Assembly: GCA_046735635.1 (NCBI GenBank)
Contig: JBKPTT010000167.1
Location: 1-45,930 of the forward strand
Direction of reading: 5' to 3'
Source: Acidobacteriota bacterium
GTDB taxonomy: Bacteria > Acidobacteriota > Vicinamibacteria > Vicinamibacterales > 2-12-FULL-66-21
DNA: 45,930 nt
Under the pieces are notes generated by a model. The model had not been told where the DNA came from. It saw nothing but the letters and a program-made list of their open reading frames with translations, and made no database searches. Below are positions 1 to 8,394 of the stretch, piece by piece (the stretch's first letter is position 1; each line of letters opens with the position of its first letter). The position numbers were made by a program, and so were the translations under genes.

Positions 1-33
1 GGAAATCCGGGATCTGACCGCATACTAAGGCGC

Positions 34-315
34 ATGGCGCAGGTGTCTCTCGATAGCCGGGTCGTCATTCACGAGGATGCGGTGTTCCGCGAACTCGATG
101 GGGAAGCGGTCATCCTTCAGCTCGAGGCGGGGATGTATTTCGGCCTCGATCCCGTCGGCACGCGGCTCTGGCAGCTGATCGAGTCACACGGCGAGCTCCG
201 TCCCGTGCTGGATGCTGCGGTTGCCGAATTCGACGTCGAGCGCGACGTTCTCGCACGCGATCTTCTCGAGCTCGTGGGCGGTCTCGCCGATAAGCATCTC
301 GTGGTGGTTCAATGA
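34..315 (+). CDS. Lasso peptide RiPP recognition element (PqqD family, B1 protein)
   Basis: 93 aa with PqqD pattern (FRELDGEAVIL..YFGLDPVGTRLWQLI..DLLELVGGL); overlaps the lasso B2 gene (ATGA). Confidence 0.92.
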   Translation: MAQVSLDSRVVIHEDAVFRELDGEAVILQLEAGMYFGLDPVGTRLWQLIESHGELRPVLDAAVAEFDVERDVLARDLLELVGGLADKHLVVVQ

Positions 316-701
316 CCGATTTGGCGATTCGTGCCGAGGCGCACGCATGTGCCTTCGGCATCCGCATCGCACTTCGGTGCATGTCCATTCCCCGCCTCGT
401 GACCCTCGTGTCTCGGCTCCCTCGAGTGCAGCGTCCGTCGAGCAATGTCGACGAGTGCGTGCGGGCAGCGGAAGAAGCCGCCGGGCGCGTCGCGCACCGG
501 ACGTGTCTCTTCACGGCGTTGACGGCGTTCGCGCTCCTCGCGAGGCGGGGCCATCCAGTCCGCGTCCTCATCGGGGCCGCCCGCGATCACGGGCTGGATG
601 CGCACGCATGGGTCACCGTTTCGGACGTTCCGCTGACCGCGAGCACGCGAGCGTACGAGCCGCTTTGGGCGTCAGGCATTGATTCCCCGCGGATGACGTG
701 A
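312..701 (+). CDS. Lasso peptide leader peptidase (B2, transglutaminase-like)
   Basis: 129 aa with TCL (catalytic Cys), LIGA and AHAWV (catalytic His) motifs; between RRE and cyclase. Confidence 0.9.
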   Translation: MTDLAIRAEAHACAFGIRIALRCMSIPRLVTLVSRLPRVQRPSSNVDECVRAAEEAAGRVAHRTCLFTALTAFALLARRGHPVRVLIGAARDHGLDAHAWVTVSDVPLTASTRAYEPLWASGIDSPRMT

Positions 702-2584
702 TGGGCGGCCTCGCCGCAATTCTTCGATGGGACGGCGCGCCGATCGCCGCCGACGAGCTCCGGCGCGTGGCACAGGCCTCTGCTCACCGGGGTCCCGATG
801 GCATTCGTCTGGTCTCCCGCGCGAATCGGGACGGCGCGTCCCCGACATTTGCCGCGGCGCATCTGCGCTTCGCGACCATCGAGGCTTCCGACGATCTCCA
901 GCCTCTCGAAACCGCGACCGGGATCGTGTTCGTGTTCGACGGGCGTCTGGATAATCGTCTCGAGCTTCTGGAGCGCCTCGATCTGCGTGATGCCGAACCC
1001 ACGGACGCGGCGCTTGCACTGGCAGCCTTCGAGCGGTGGGGCATCGATTCGGCGTCGCAGATGCTTGGCGACTTCGCGTTCGTGGCCTGGGATGCCCCCC
1101 GATCGCGGCTGATATGCGGCCGCGATCATCTGGGCATCCGGCATCTTCATTTCCACGCGTCCGTCCGTTTCGTCGTCTGCGCGACCGATATCGCGCAGGT
1201 GCTGGCGTATGCGGCCGTTCCCCGGGAACCGGATGCGGCGGTCGCGGCGGATTACATCGCATGCGACGTTCGCAACACCGAGCGCACGTTGTATCGCGGC
1301 ATCAAACGTGTCCCGCCCGGCCACGTCGTCGTCGTTGATTCCGCGGGCGTCCGCATCGAGCGTTTCTGGTCCGCCGAGCCGCGAACTCCGATCCGCTACG
1401 CGAGCGACGGCGAATACGCGGCCCACTGCCGCGACCTCCTGACGCGCAGCGTGGCCGCGCGCATGCGCGGTCCGCGCCCGATCGCCGCGATGCTCAGCGG
1501 CGGTCTGGACTCTTCGTCGGTCGTTACGGCCGCGTGGCGACTCGTGCCGACCGACGGCCCGCGACCACAGCCGTTCTCCATGGTCTTTCCCGACCATGCC
1601 GAATCGGACGAGCGCCTGTTTCTCCGCGCGATCGCCGAGCACTGCGGTACGAGCGTGGTCGAAGTTTTTCCGGATTCGATCACCGCTCAAGCGCTGGTCG
1701 GCCAGGCACGTGCGTGGACGGCCACGCCGGCAATGCCGGCTGATGAAATGGCCGCCACGTTGTACGCGGCGATGCGCACGCGAGGGTATCGAGCCACGTT
1801 GACCGGTGCCGGCGGAGACTTCCTGTTCACCGGCAGCGTGTTTCAATACGCGGATCTGCTTCGTGAGCTCAGGCCGGCCGCGGCCGTGCGCCGCTTCGTG
1901 GACGACTGGTATGCCGGAGAAACCGGCCGGAGCCCGCTCGGCCTGCTGCAGCACGGGGTGTGGCCGCTGCTGCCCGTTCCGGTGAAGAACACGCTGCGCC
2001 CTTTCGCCAGACGTCTGATCTCGTACACGGATCACCCGAAGTGGCTGCGGATCGCGCGCACGCCCGCCGAGGAACTGCCCGAGCCGCCCCGCGGCGGCAG
2101 CTTCGCAACCGAAGAAGTGACACGGCAGCTCGGGTGCGGGATGCACGCGTTCTTCGTGGAATGCGCCGAGCGCTACGCCGCTCACGCGGGGATCGAATTA
2201 CGGCATCCGCTGCTCGATCGGCGCCTCGTGCAGTTCGCACTCGACATACCCGACACGCAACGCAAGCGCGGCAGATTTACCAAGTTCATTCTGCGGCAGG
2301 CGCTCGCGGACGATCTTGCGGAACCGGTGCGTCAAAGGCGCACGAAAGGAGATTTCTCGCACGCGGTCGCCCAAGCCATCGAGGCGCTCGGTGGAGAGCG
2401 GTTTTTCGCGGCGCTGCAGATTGCCGAGGCGGGCTGGGTAGATGGCGGTATGGTCGCCGCGAAATACCGCACGATGCGCCGCCAGTATCCGCGCGGATCG
2501 CAGGTCTACGGAGATCACGTGCCGGCGCTGTGGATGATCACCGCGGTCGAGCTGTGGTACCGATCAGCGTTCGGCCGCCTATAA
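701..2584 (+). CDS. Lasso peptide cyclase (asparagine-synthetase-like, C protein)
   Basis: HRGPDG, GRLDNR, GDFAF, RDHLG, SGGLDSS ATP motif, LTGAGGD, PLLDRRLVQF; N-terminal Ntn Cys replaced by Gly (MGGLA) as in lasso cyclases; ATG 701 overlaps B2 stop (GTG 698 alternative). Confidence 0.92.
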   Translation: MGGLAAILRWDGAPIAADELRRVAQASAHRGPDGIRLVSRANRDGASPTFAAAHLRFATIEASDDLQPLETATGIVFVFDGRLDNRLELLERLDLRDAEPTDAALALAAFERWGIDSASQMLGDFAFVAWDAPRSRLICGRDHLGIRHLHFHASVRFVVCATDIAQVLAYAAVPREPDAAVAADYIACDVRNTERTLYRGIKRVPPGHVVVVDSAGVRIERFWSAEPRTPIRYASDGEYAAHCRDLLTRSVAARMRGPRPIAAMLSGGLDSSSVVTAAWRLVPTDGPRPQPFSMVFPDHAESDERLFLRAIAEHCGTSVVEVFPDSITAQALVGQARAWTATPAMPADEMAATLYAAMRTRGYRATLTGAGGDFLFTGSVFQYADLLRELRPAAAVRRFVDDWYAGETGRSPLGLLQHGVWPLLPVPVKNTLRPFARRLISYTDHPKWLRIARTPAEELPEPPRGGSFATEEVTRQLGCGMHAFFVECAERYAAHAGIELRHPLLDRRLVQFALDIPDTQRKRGRFTKFILRQALADDLAEPVRQRRTKGDFSHAVAQAIEALGGERFFAALQIAEAGWVDGGMVAAKYRTMRRQYPRGSQVYGDHVPALWMITAVELWYRSAFGRL

Positions 2585-2598
2585 TGCGCAGCGGGAGG
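2580..2598 (+). promoter_or_regulatory. Candidate internal -10 box (TATAAT 2580-2585) and RBS (GGAGG 2594-2598) for the precursor gene
   Basis: Perfect TATAAT in high-GC DNA, overlapping the cyclase stop; GGAGG 6 nt before ATG 2605. Confidence 0.45.
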
Positions 2599-2604
2599 TC
2601 GGCC

Positions 2605-2775
2605 ATGCCGGATGAAACACCGCGTGGCGGCGGCAAGTCGGCCGCCGGCCAGGGGAAGCGGCCGTACTCGAAGCCGAAATTAATCGAGTACGGATCGGTC
2701 GCGAAGCTCACGCAGGGTACGCGAACCAAACAAGCGGACACGCCGGCCGCAGGGTTCCGCAAAGTGTGTCTCTAG
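2605..2775 (+). CDS. Lasso peptide precursor (A), 56 aa
   Basis: MPDETPRGGGKSAAGQGKRPYSKPKLIEYGSVAKLTQ|GTRTKQADTPAAGFRKVCL: YxxPxL..G leader motif, Thr at -2, Gly1 core start, Asp8 acceptor; GGAGG RBS; it is the C-terminal part of track ORF 1960..2775. Confidence 0.9.
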   Translation: MPDETPRGGGKSAAGQGKRPYSKPKLIEYGSVAKLTQGTRTKQADTPAAGFRKVCL

Positions 2776-3905
2776 TCGTCGACGAGCACCGCCAGTATCT
2801 TTCCGATTCCGCCCGCCTCGAAGCGTACCGCCGCGCCATTCGCGAAGTCGTCCGGCCGGGAATGGCCGTCGCCGATCTCGGCAGCGGCACCGGGATCCTC
2901 GGCCTGTTCGCCTTGCAGGCTGGCGCCGCGCGCGTCTACTCGATCGAGGCAACCGGCATGATCGAGATCGCCCGCGCTGTCGCGGCGGCAAATGGATTCG
3001 GCGATCGCTTCCACGGCGTTCAACGGCATTCGCAGGAGGCGGACCTGCCGGAGCGAGTCGACGTCGTGATATCGGACTTCGTCGGACGATTCGGGTTCGA
3101 TGCCGACATTCTCGAGCTCTACTCTGACGCCGTCGCGAGATTGTTGAAACCCGACGGCACGCTGATGCCCTCCCAGATTGTCCTTGGCGTCGCGCCGGTC
3201 GAGCGCGTGGACATGGACGCACAGGTCCGCTTCTGGAATGCGCAGAAGGCGGGGATCGATCTTTCGCCCGCCTCGGAATGGGCCGTGAACACCGGGTACC
3301 CGGTCGCGCTGGAGTCCGGCGACTTGCTCGCCGATGCTGCCGATGTGATTGCTATCGACCTCCCGTCCCGGCCAGAAACGCCCCTGCGCGCCGCGGCGAA
3401 CTTCCCAATACGCCGTGCCGGGAACCTCCATGGAATCGGCGGCTGGTTTTCCGCGGCTCTTTCGCCTTCCGTGAGCATTACGAATTCGCCGCTGGCTGCT
3501 GACCGGCTGGGCCGCCGGAATGTCTTCTTGCCGCTCGGTGATCCGTGGTCGGCCACCGTCGGCGAATGCGTGCAGCTTTCACTGACCATCCTCCCCAATC
3601 AACACATCGTCAACTGGACGGTAACCCGCTCGAAGGCGGATGGCGCGATATCGCACCAGCGTCACTCGACGATGCGCGGCATGCTGACGAGCCGTGACGA
3701 CCTCGCACGCACGAGACCTGATTTCGTTCCCGAGCTGACTCCGCGGGGTCGCGGCCGTTTGACGCTGCTGCAACTCTGTGATGGCAGGCGCGCGTTGAGT
3801 GAGGTCGAGTCGGAGATGTTCGCGCGCCATCCGGATCTCTTCACCTCGTACGCTGACGCGGCGGCCTTCGTTGCCGAGGTAATTGCCGGGTACACGAAGC
3901 CATGA
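2766..3905 (+). CDS. Protein-arginine-methyltransferase (PRMT)-fold SAM methyltransferase with C-terminal PqqD/RRE-like segment
   Basis: HRQYLSDSARLEAYRRAI, DLGSGTGILGLFALQAGAARVYSIE, LPERVDVVISDFVG, LKPDGTLMP and HGIGGWF follow PRMT motif order; tail LLQLCDGRRALSEV resembles PqqD helices. Confidence 0.8.
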   Translation: MSLVVDEHRQYLSDSARLEAYRRAIREVVRPGMAVADLGSGTGILGLFALQAGAARVYSIEATGMIEIARAVAAANGFGDRFHGVQRHSQEADLPERVDVVISDFVGRFGFDADILELYSDAVARLLKPDGTLMPSQIVLGVAPVERVDMDAQVRFWNAQKAGIDLSPASEWAVNTGYPVALESGDLLADAADVIAIDLPSRPETPLRAAANFPIRRAGNLHGIGGWFSAALSPSVSITNSPLAADRLGRRNVFLPLGDPWSATVGECVQLSLTILPNQHIVNWTVTRSKADGAISHQRHSTMRGMLTSRDDLARTRPDFVPELTPRGRGRLTLLQLCDGRRALSEVESEMFARHPDLFTSYADAAAFVAEVIAGYTKP

Positions 3906-4819
3906 CGCTGTACCACGCATACGGGCGCGTTGTGTCGAGCGACATTCCGCTTCCAGAGCTGCCCGTTACTACGGGAGGCGAGGCGGACATCGAGCTCACG
4001 TGGAATGCGCTCGACCGAACAGCCCGGGGGCCATGGACCGTCCTGTGGCGGTTTTCATCGGGTGAGCCATGGGTGAGCACGTCTCGGGCGGATGGCCTCA
4101 CGCACCTGAGGTTTAGCAAGTTCGCGGACTGTGCCGTGTCACCACGGCACATCGCGGTCTGCCGGCGCGGTCATGCCGCACAGGCCACGCTGCGGCATCT
4201 CGTTCTCGACCAGGCGCTGCCGCTCGTGCTCGCGGCTCGCGGCTGCCTCGTGGTTCACGCGAGCGCCGTCACCGACGGGACGCGTGCGTTCGTGATCGCG
4301 GGAACCGCGGGTGCGGGCAAATCGACGTTGGCTGCTCTGCTCGCGCGAACCGGCCTGAAGGTTCTTGCCGATGATGGGGTTGTGATCGAACGTGTAGGTG
4401 GAAGAGTTGTAGCGGTGCCGTCGTATCCCGGACTCCGCCTATATTCCGACTCGGCGATCGCAGCGGATCTGGTAATCGAAGACGGCACCGACGTTGCTGA
4501 GTACAGCCGCAAGCTGCGATTCTTCGCATCTCGACGTGCCGAGGACGCCGTTGAATCCATTCCGTTATCGGCGATTTATGTATTGCACCCCTCCGTCGGC
4601 TGCGTCAGCGTTCAGGCGCTGTCGCAACGCGACGCCGCGATTGCCGTACTGGCGCAATCGTATCGTCTCGATCCCGGCGATCCGCGGGCATTGGTGGCCG
4701 AGTTGGACCGTATCATCGCGATCGCTCCTCCCGCCTGGCGGCTCTCGTACCCACGGGACCTCCTCCGCGCCGCCGAAGTGGTTTCCGCACTCTTGTCGCA
4801 TGCCGCGTCGTTGCCCTGA
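3902..4819 (+). CDS. HPr-kinase-like P-loop kinase (paeninodin-type lasso peptide kinase family)
   Basis: VHASAV, GTAGAGKSTL Walker A, LADD, and PGLRL motifs; in lasso cluster. Confidence 0.8.
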   Translation: MTLYHAYGRVVSSDIPLPELPVTTGGEADIELTWNALDRTARGPWTVLWRFSSGEPWVSTSRADGLTHLRFSKFADCAVSPRHIAVCRRGHAAQATLRHLVLDQALPLVLAARGCLVVHASAVTDGTRAFVIAGTAGAGKSTLAALLARTGLKVLADDGVVIERVGGRVVAVPSYPGLRLYSDSAIAADLVIEDGTDVAEYSRKLRFFASRRAEDAVESIPLSAIYVLHPSVGCVSVQALSQRDAAIAVLAQSYRLDPGDPRALVAELDRIIAIAPPAWRLSYPRDLLRAAEVVSALLSHAASLP

Positions 4820-4821
4820 CG

Positions 4822-5460
4822 ATGCCACTGCACGTTGCGAGCACCGAAGCCCGTTACGTTCCGAGTTCGGAGGAACGCGTCACGTTTCAGCGGCAGCACT
4901 GGGTCCGTCTGTCCGGATTTCTGGAAGTTCGGCTTCTCGACCGTGTCGTCAAGGAGATCGCGCGGGCTGTATTCGACGAAACGGCTCATCGCTCCGTCGC
5001 CGAGAGATCTGTCGATCTCAGATCGATCGGTTGTGCCGCCTCCGAGGTCCTCGTTCTTGTGTGCAACGACCCGGTCGTGCTGCGAGGGATCGAGGACATT
5101 ACAGGTTGCCGGCCCCTGACGCGATTCAACGGCTCCATTTACCGCATGACGGAACAGTCGGGTCATCAGCAGGCCTGGCACGATGATCTGGTGGATGGCC
5201 GCCGCGTGACGTTGAGCGTCAACCTGGGCGCGGGCTATCGCGGAGGCGAGCTCCAACTGAGGCAACGCGGTGCGGCGCGCGCGTTTGCCGTAGTGCCGAA
5301 TACCTGTCCGGGCGATGCGGTCTTGTTCAGGCTCGATGAGTCGATTGAACACCGTGTGACGCCGGTCACGAGTGGCGTCAAGACGGCGTTCGCCGGATGG
5401 TTCCGTCGTGGCAGACCGCTCCGCGACGAGCTCAAGCGCAGTGTAGAGTTGGTCACGTGA
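4822..5460 (+). CDS. 2OG-Fe(II) oxygenase (prolyl-hydroxylase-like), paralog 1
   Basis: WHDD (HxD), SVNL..YRGGEL, PGDAVLF, EHRVTPV, KTAFAGWF. Confidence 0.85.
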   Translation: MPLHVASTEARYVPSSEERVTFQRQHWVRLSGFLEVRLLDRVVKEIARAVFDETAHRSVAERSVDLRSIGCAASEVLVLVCNDPVVLRGIEDITGCRPLTRFNGSIYRMTEQSGHQQAWHDDLVDGRRVTLSVNLGAGYRGGELQLRQRGAARAFAVVPNTCPGDAVLFRLDESIEHRVTPVTSGVKTAFAGWFRRGRPLRDELKRSVELVT

Positions 5461-5465
5461 TGATT

Positions 5466-5531
5466 CGCGGCTCGCCCGCCTTCGCCTCCCGAGGCTTCGG
5501 CGTGGCAGGCTTGTTCGCGATTCGCGGTTCG
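5466..5531 (-). repeat. Dispersed 66-bp intergenic repeat, copy 1 (CGAACCG heptamers plus GC hairpin)
   Basis: Reverse complement matches 13008-13073 at 56/66 nt without gaps (manual alignment). Confidence 0.75.
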
Positions 5532-5588
5532 CGGTTCGGTTCGGCGCGGTCGCGGTTCGCACGTAGCAGTTCGTAATCCAAAGAGGCT

Positions 5589-6428
5589 ATGGCCCAAGAC
5601 ATCGACGTTCTTACAGCCCCCACACTCAAGAACCTTCGCACCCGCTGGTGGGACGATGCGTTTACGGCGTTCGTGCGGGAGACGGTGCAGCCTCGTCCCG
5701 GGCGCAGGATCCTGGACGTCGGATGCGGGATCGGTACTGCCGAAGTGAATCTTGGACGGCTGCCGCTTACGCAGGTGACGCTCGTCGGCATCGACCATGT
5801 CGTCGAACGCGTGGTGGAAGCGCACGCGTCGGTTCGCTCTCACAATATTCGGGCCGCGTTTGCGGCGGCCGACGCATGCGGCTTGCCATTCTCGGACGGC
5901 GCGTTCGACTCCGTTTTCTGTGTCGCGCTGCTTCAACACATTGCCGACGTCGGGGAGGCGGTTCGCGAGATCGCGCGCGTGACCCGTCCCGGCGGGCGCA
6001 TCGTCGCCGTCGAACCAGACAACTCGGCCCGATATTTCTACAGCTCGTCGCCCGCCGGCATGCGCGCCTACGAGTTGTCTGGACAATTCTTTTCCGGCCT
6101 CATCGAGCGCGGGGACGCGACCGACCCGGCAGTCGGGCCAAAGCTGCCCGCGCTCTTCGCGAGTTGCGGGATCCACCTCTCGGGCGTGCAGCTTTTTCCC
6201 GTGTCGCGTGCGCAGCTCGGCGCGCCGCCGCCCGCAGTCTGGACGGCGAGGCGCCAGGCGATCGAGCACGCGATTTCGAAAGCCGGCGACGTGGGGTTGA
6301 GACGTCTGGGACAGGACTATCTGAAACTCCTCGACGCGTACGCCGAGGAGGCAAAGGCCGCGGGCCCTGCGTTCGTCGAGTTGCAGAATACGATGCTGTT
6401 TGCGACTCTCGGGCAGCGCGAGGAGTAG
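5589..6428 (+). CDS. Class I SAM-dependent methyltransferase
   Basis: ILDVGCGIG, GID, DACGLPFSDGAFD, RVTRPGG. Confidence 0.88.
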   Translation: MAQDIDVLTAPTLKNLRTRWWDDAFTAFVRETVQPRPGRRILDVGCGIGTAEVNLGRLPLTQVTLVGIDHVVERVVEAHASVRSHNIRAAFAAADACGLPFSDGAFDSVFCVALLQHIADVGEAVREIARVTRPGGRIVAVEPDNSARYFYSSSPAGMRAYELSGQFFSGLIERGDATDPAVGPKLPALFASCGIHLSGVQLFPVSRAQLGAPPPAVWTARRQAIEHAISKAGDVGLRRLGQDYLKLLDAYAEEAKAAGPAFVELQNTMLFATLGQREE

Positions 6429-6436
6429 CGGGCTGC

Positions 6437-7075
6437 ATGCTGATGCAGATCGACCGAGCGGGAACGCGCCTCGAGCTCGAGGGCGCGGAGATCGCGCGGG
6501 CGCACTTCGATCGACATCATTGGTTGAAGCTGCCCAAACTGCTCACAGCGCCGACGCTGAGCGACGTCCGGCGGCAGCTTGCGAGCGCCGCGTTCGTTGA
6601 AGTCCGACACACCAATGTGACGCCGCCGTCGATCGACGTTTGCCTGGAGCCGAACGCGTTGTCGGCGATGCTCGAGCTGTTCTGCAATGATCCGGTCGTG
6701 CTCGGCGCCGTCGAGGCGTTGACCGGATGTGCGCCGCTCGTGCGTTTCGACGGGTTCGTCTATCGACTCGCCCCGGGGGGCGGACATCATCACAACTGGC
6801 ACAACGACGTGCTGCAGGGGCGTCGGGTCGCAATGAGCATCAACCTGGAAGTCCGGCCCTACGAGGGCGGCAAGCTGCTGATTCGTGCGCGTCACACCGA
6901 ATGCGTGCTCGCGGAGGTCGAGAACACCGGCCCCGGCGATGCCGTGCTCTTCCGGATCGATCCGGCACTCCAGCATCGTGCGACGACCGTCACGCAGGGC
7001 ACGAAGACGGCCTTCGCGGGATGGTTCCGGTCGGAAGCGCCACTGCGCGCCGCGCTCGCGCAGGGCATCGCGTGA
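6437..7075 (+). CDS. 2OG-Fe(II) oxygenase, paralog 2
   Basis: C-terminal 212 aa of track ORF 5648..7075; WHND, SINL..YEGGKL, PGDAVLF, QHRAT, KTAFAGWF; start ATG 6437 or 6443. Confidence 0.85.
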   Translation: MLMQIDRAGTRLELEGAEIARAHFDRHHWLKLPKLLTAPTLSDVRRQLASAAFVEVRHTNVTPPSIDVCLEPNALSAMLELFCNDPVVLGAVEALTGCAPLVRFDGFVYRLAPGGGHHHNWHNDVLQGRRVAMSINLEVRPYEGGKLLIRARHTECVLAEVENTGPGDAVLFRIDPALQHRATTVTQGTKTAFAGWFRSEAPLRAALAQGIA

Positions 7076-8394
7076 TCGTCAGCGATCTGCACGACGCTGC
7101 CCTGTCCGCCTGGCGCGACGCCGGCGTACGCGATCGCGTGCTGATTCATGTCGATGCGCATCACGACGCTGATTCACGCGAGTGGGACTTCGTGACCATC
7201 TCGAACTTCGTCTGGTGGGCGATGTCGGAAGGGATCGTCCGCGAGGTGTATTGGGTGGTTCCGGAGCCAAGCTGGCGAATGTCCTCCAGACCTGCAATGA
7301 TTGCGGACGCGCTGCTGGCGCTCGCGCGTCAGCACGATTCATCGGCGGGCGTCGAGGTGAACGCGTATGGCTTCACGACGGAAGTGGCCGGCAAACGGTT
7401 CACCGCCTGTCCGCTCTCGCGTTTGCCGCCCTTAGCCGGCGCGCTCCTGGACATCGACATCGACTACTTCCTCATCGCAGACATTGCCGCCGAGAGGCCG
7501 CCGGTTGATCGCACGGCGCCGTGGATGTGGCCGGTCGACCTGCTGCACGCACTCAAGGGGTTGGAGACCGACCCTACGATCGTCACGATTGCCACGTCCA
7601 CACGCGGCGGATTCACCCCGCTCGAGTGGAAATATCTCGGAGACGAACTGGCAGCGCGGCTGTCAGGCGCACCGGTTGAGGGCTACGACCGCATTCGCGG
7701 TGGATTCGAGGCGGAGTGCCGGGCCGACGGCGATGTGGCCGAGGAGCATTATCGGCGCGCGATGGAACTGATGCCGGTGAGTCCAGGACCGGCGTATCGT
7801 TTGGCGCTTCTCCATCTTGCTCGCGGAGCCGACCGGGAAGCGCGCCGCCTCTTCGGCGCTGTCCTCGAACGCGATTCGACGTACCGAGGTCCAGACTCGA
7901 GGGCACGGCGATGGCACGATCTTGGAGACGTGATCCGTGCGCGGCAGGGATACGTCGACCTTCTCCGGCTCGATCCGTCCAATCCGTACGCGGAGCTCGG
8001 AATCGCGCAGCTTGCTGCTGACCGCGATGATCATCCGGCGGCGATTGCACACTTCGAACGTGCGCTGGCTGTTTGCGGCACGCTCGTCGACGCGGAACGC
8101 GGGATTGCGCAATCGTTCGAACGAGTCGGCGAACGCGATCGAGCCGCGCGGCATTACGCGCGATCCATTGAGCTGGAGCTCGGCGGCCACGCGCCATTGT
8201 CCGCGCCGATTGCGAGTTGCCCGCCCCGGGTGCTCGATGACACCCACTGGGAGAATCATCGGCGTCTCGCGCGGCTTCGGGGAGACGACCGCTGGCTCCG
8301 GGCGGTCGATCACGTGGCACCTTCTGAGCCGCCGCGGCGGCAGGCATCGCCTAGCACTGCTTTACCAGATCGCGGGCGAACAGCTGAGTCATGA
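7072..8394 (+). CDS. UPF0489/peptide-arginase-like metallohydrolase fused to TPR repeats
   Basis: GTG 7072 overlaps upstream TGA; LIHVDAHHD, TISNFV, LLDIDIDYF, STRGGFTP; C-terminal TPR-like helices (AEEHYRRAMELMP, LRLDPSNPYAELGIAQL, AIAHFERALA). Confidence 0.75.
   Translation: MIVSDLHDAALSAWRDAGVRDRVLIHVDAHHDADSREWDFVTISNFVWWAMSEGIVREVYWVVPEPSWRMSSRPAMIADALLALARQHDSSAGVEVNAYGFTTEVAGKRFTACPLSRLPPLAGALLDIDIDYFLIADIAAERPPVDRTAPWMWPVDLLHALKGLETDPTIVTIATSTRGGFTPLEWKYLGDELAARLSGAPVEGYDRIRGGFEAECRADGDVAEEHYRRAMELMPVSPGPAYRLALLHLARGADREARRLFGAVLERDSTYRGPDSRARRWHDLGDVIRARQGYVDLLRLDPSNPYAELGIAQLAADRDDHPAAIAHFERALAVCGTLVDAERGIAQSFERVGERDRAARHYARSIELELGGHAPLSAPIASCPPRVLDDTHWENHRRLARLRGDDRWLRAVDHVAPSEPPRRQASPSTALPDRGRTAES

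Noticed and set aside
701-2584. Housekeeping asparagine synthetase asnB
   Set aside because: Lacks the N-terminal catalytic Cys and is flanked by RRE, B2 and a precursor, so called a lasso cyclase
1960-2604. N-terminal 215 aa of track ORF 1960..2775
   Set aside because: Out-of-frame overlap with the cyclase; only 2605-2775 has an RBS and precursor motifs
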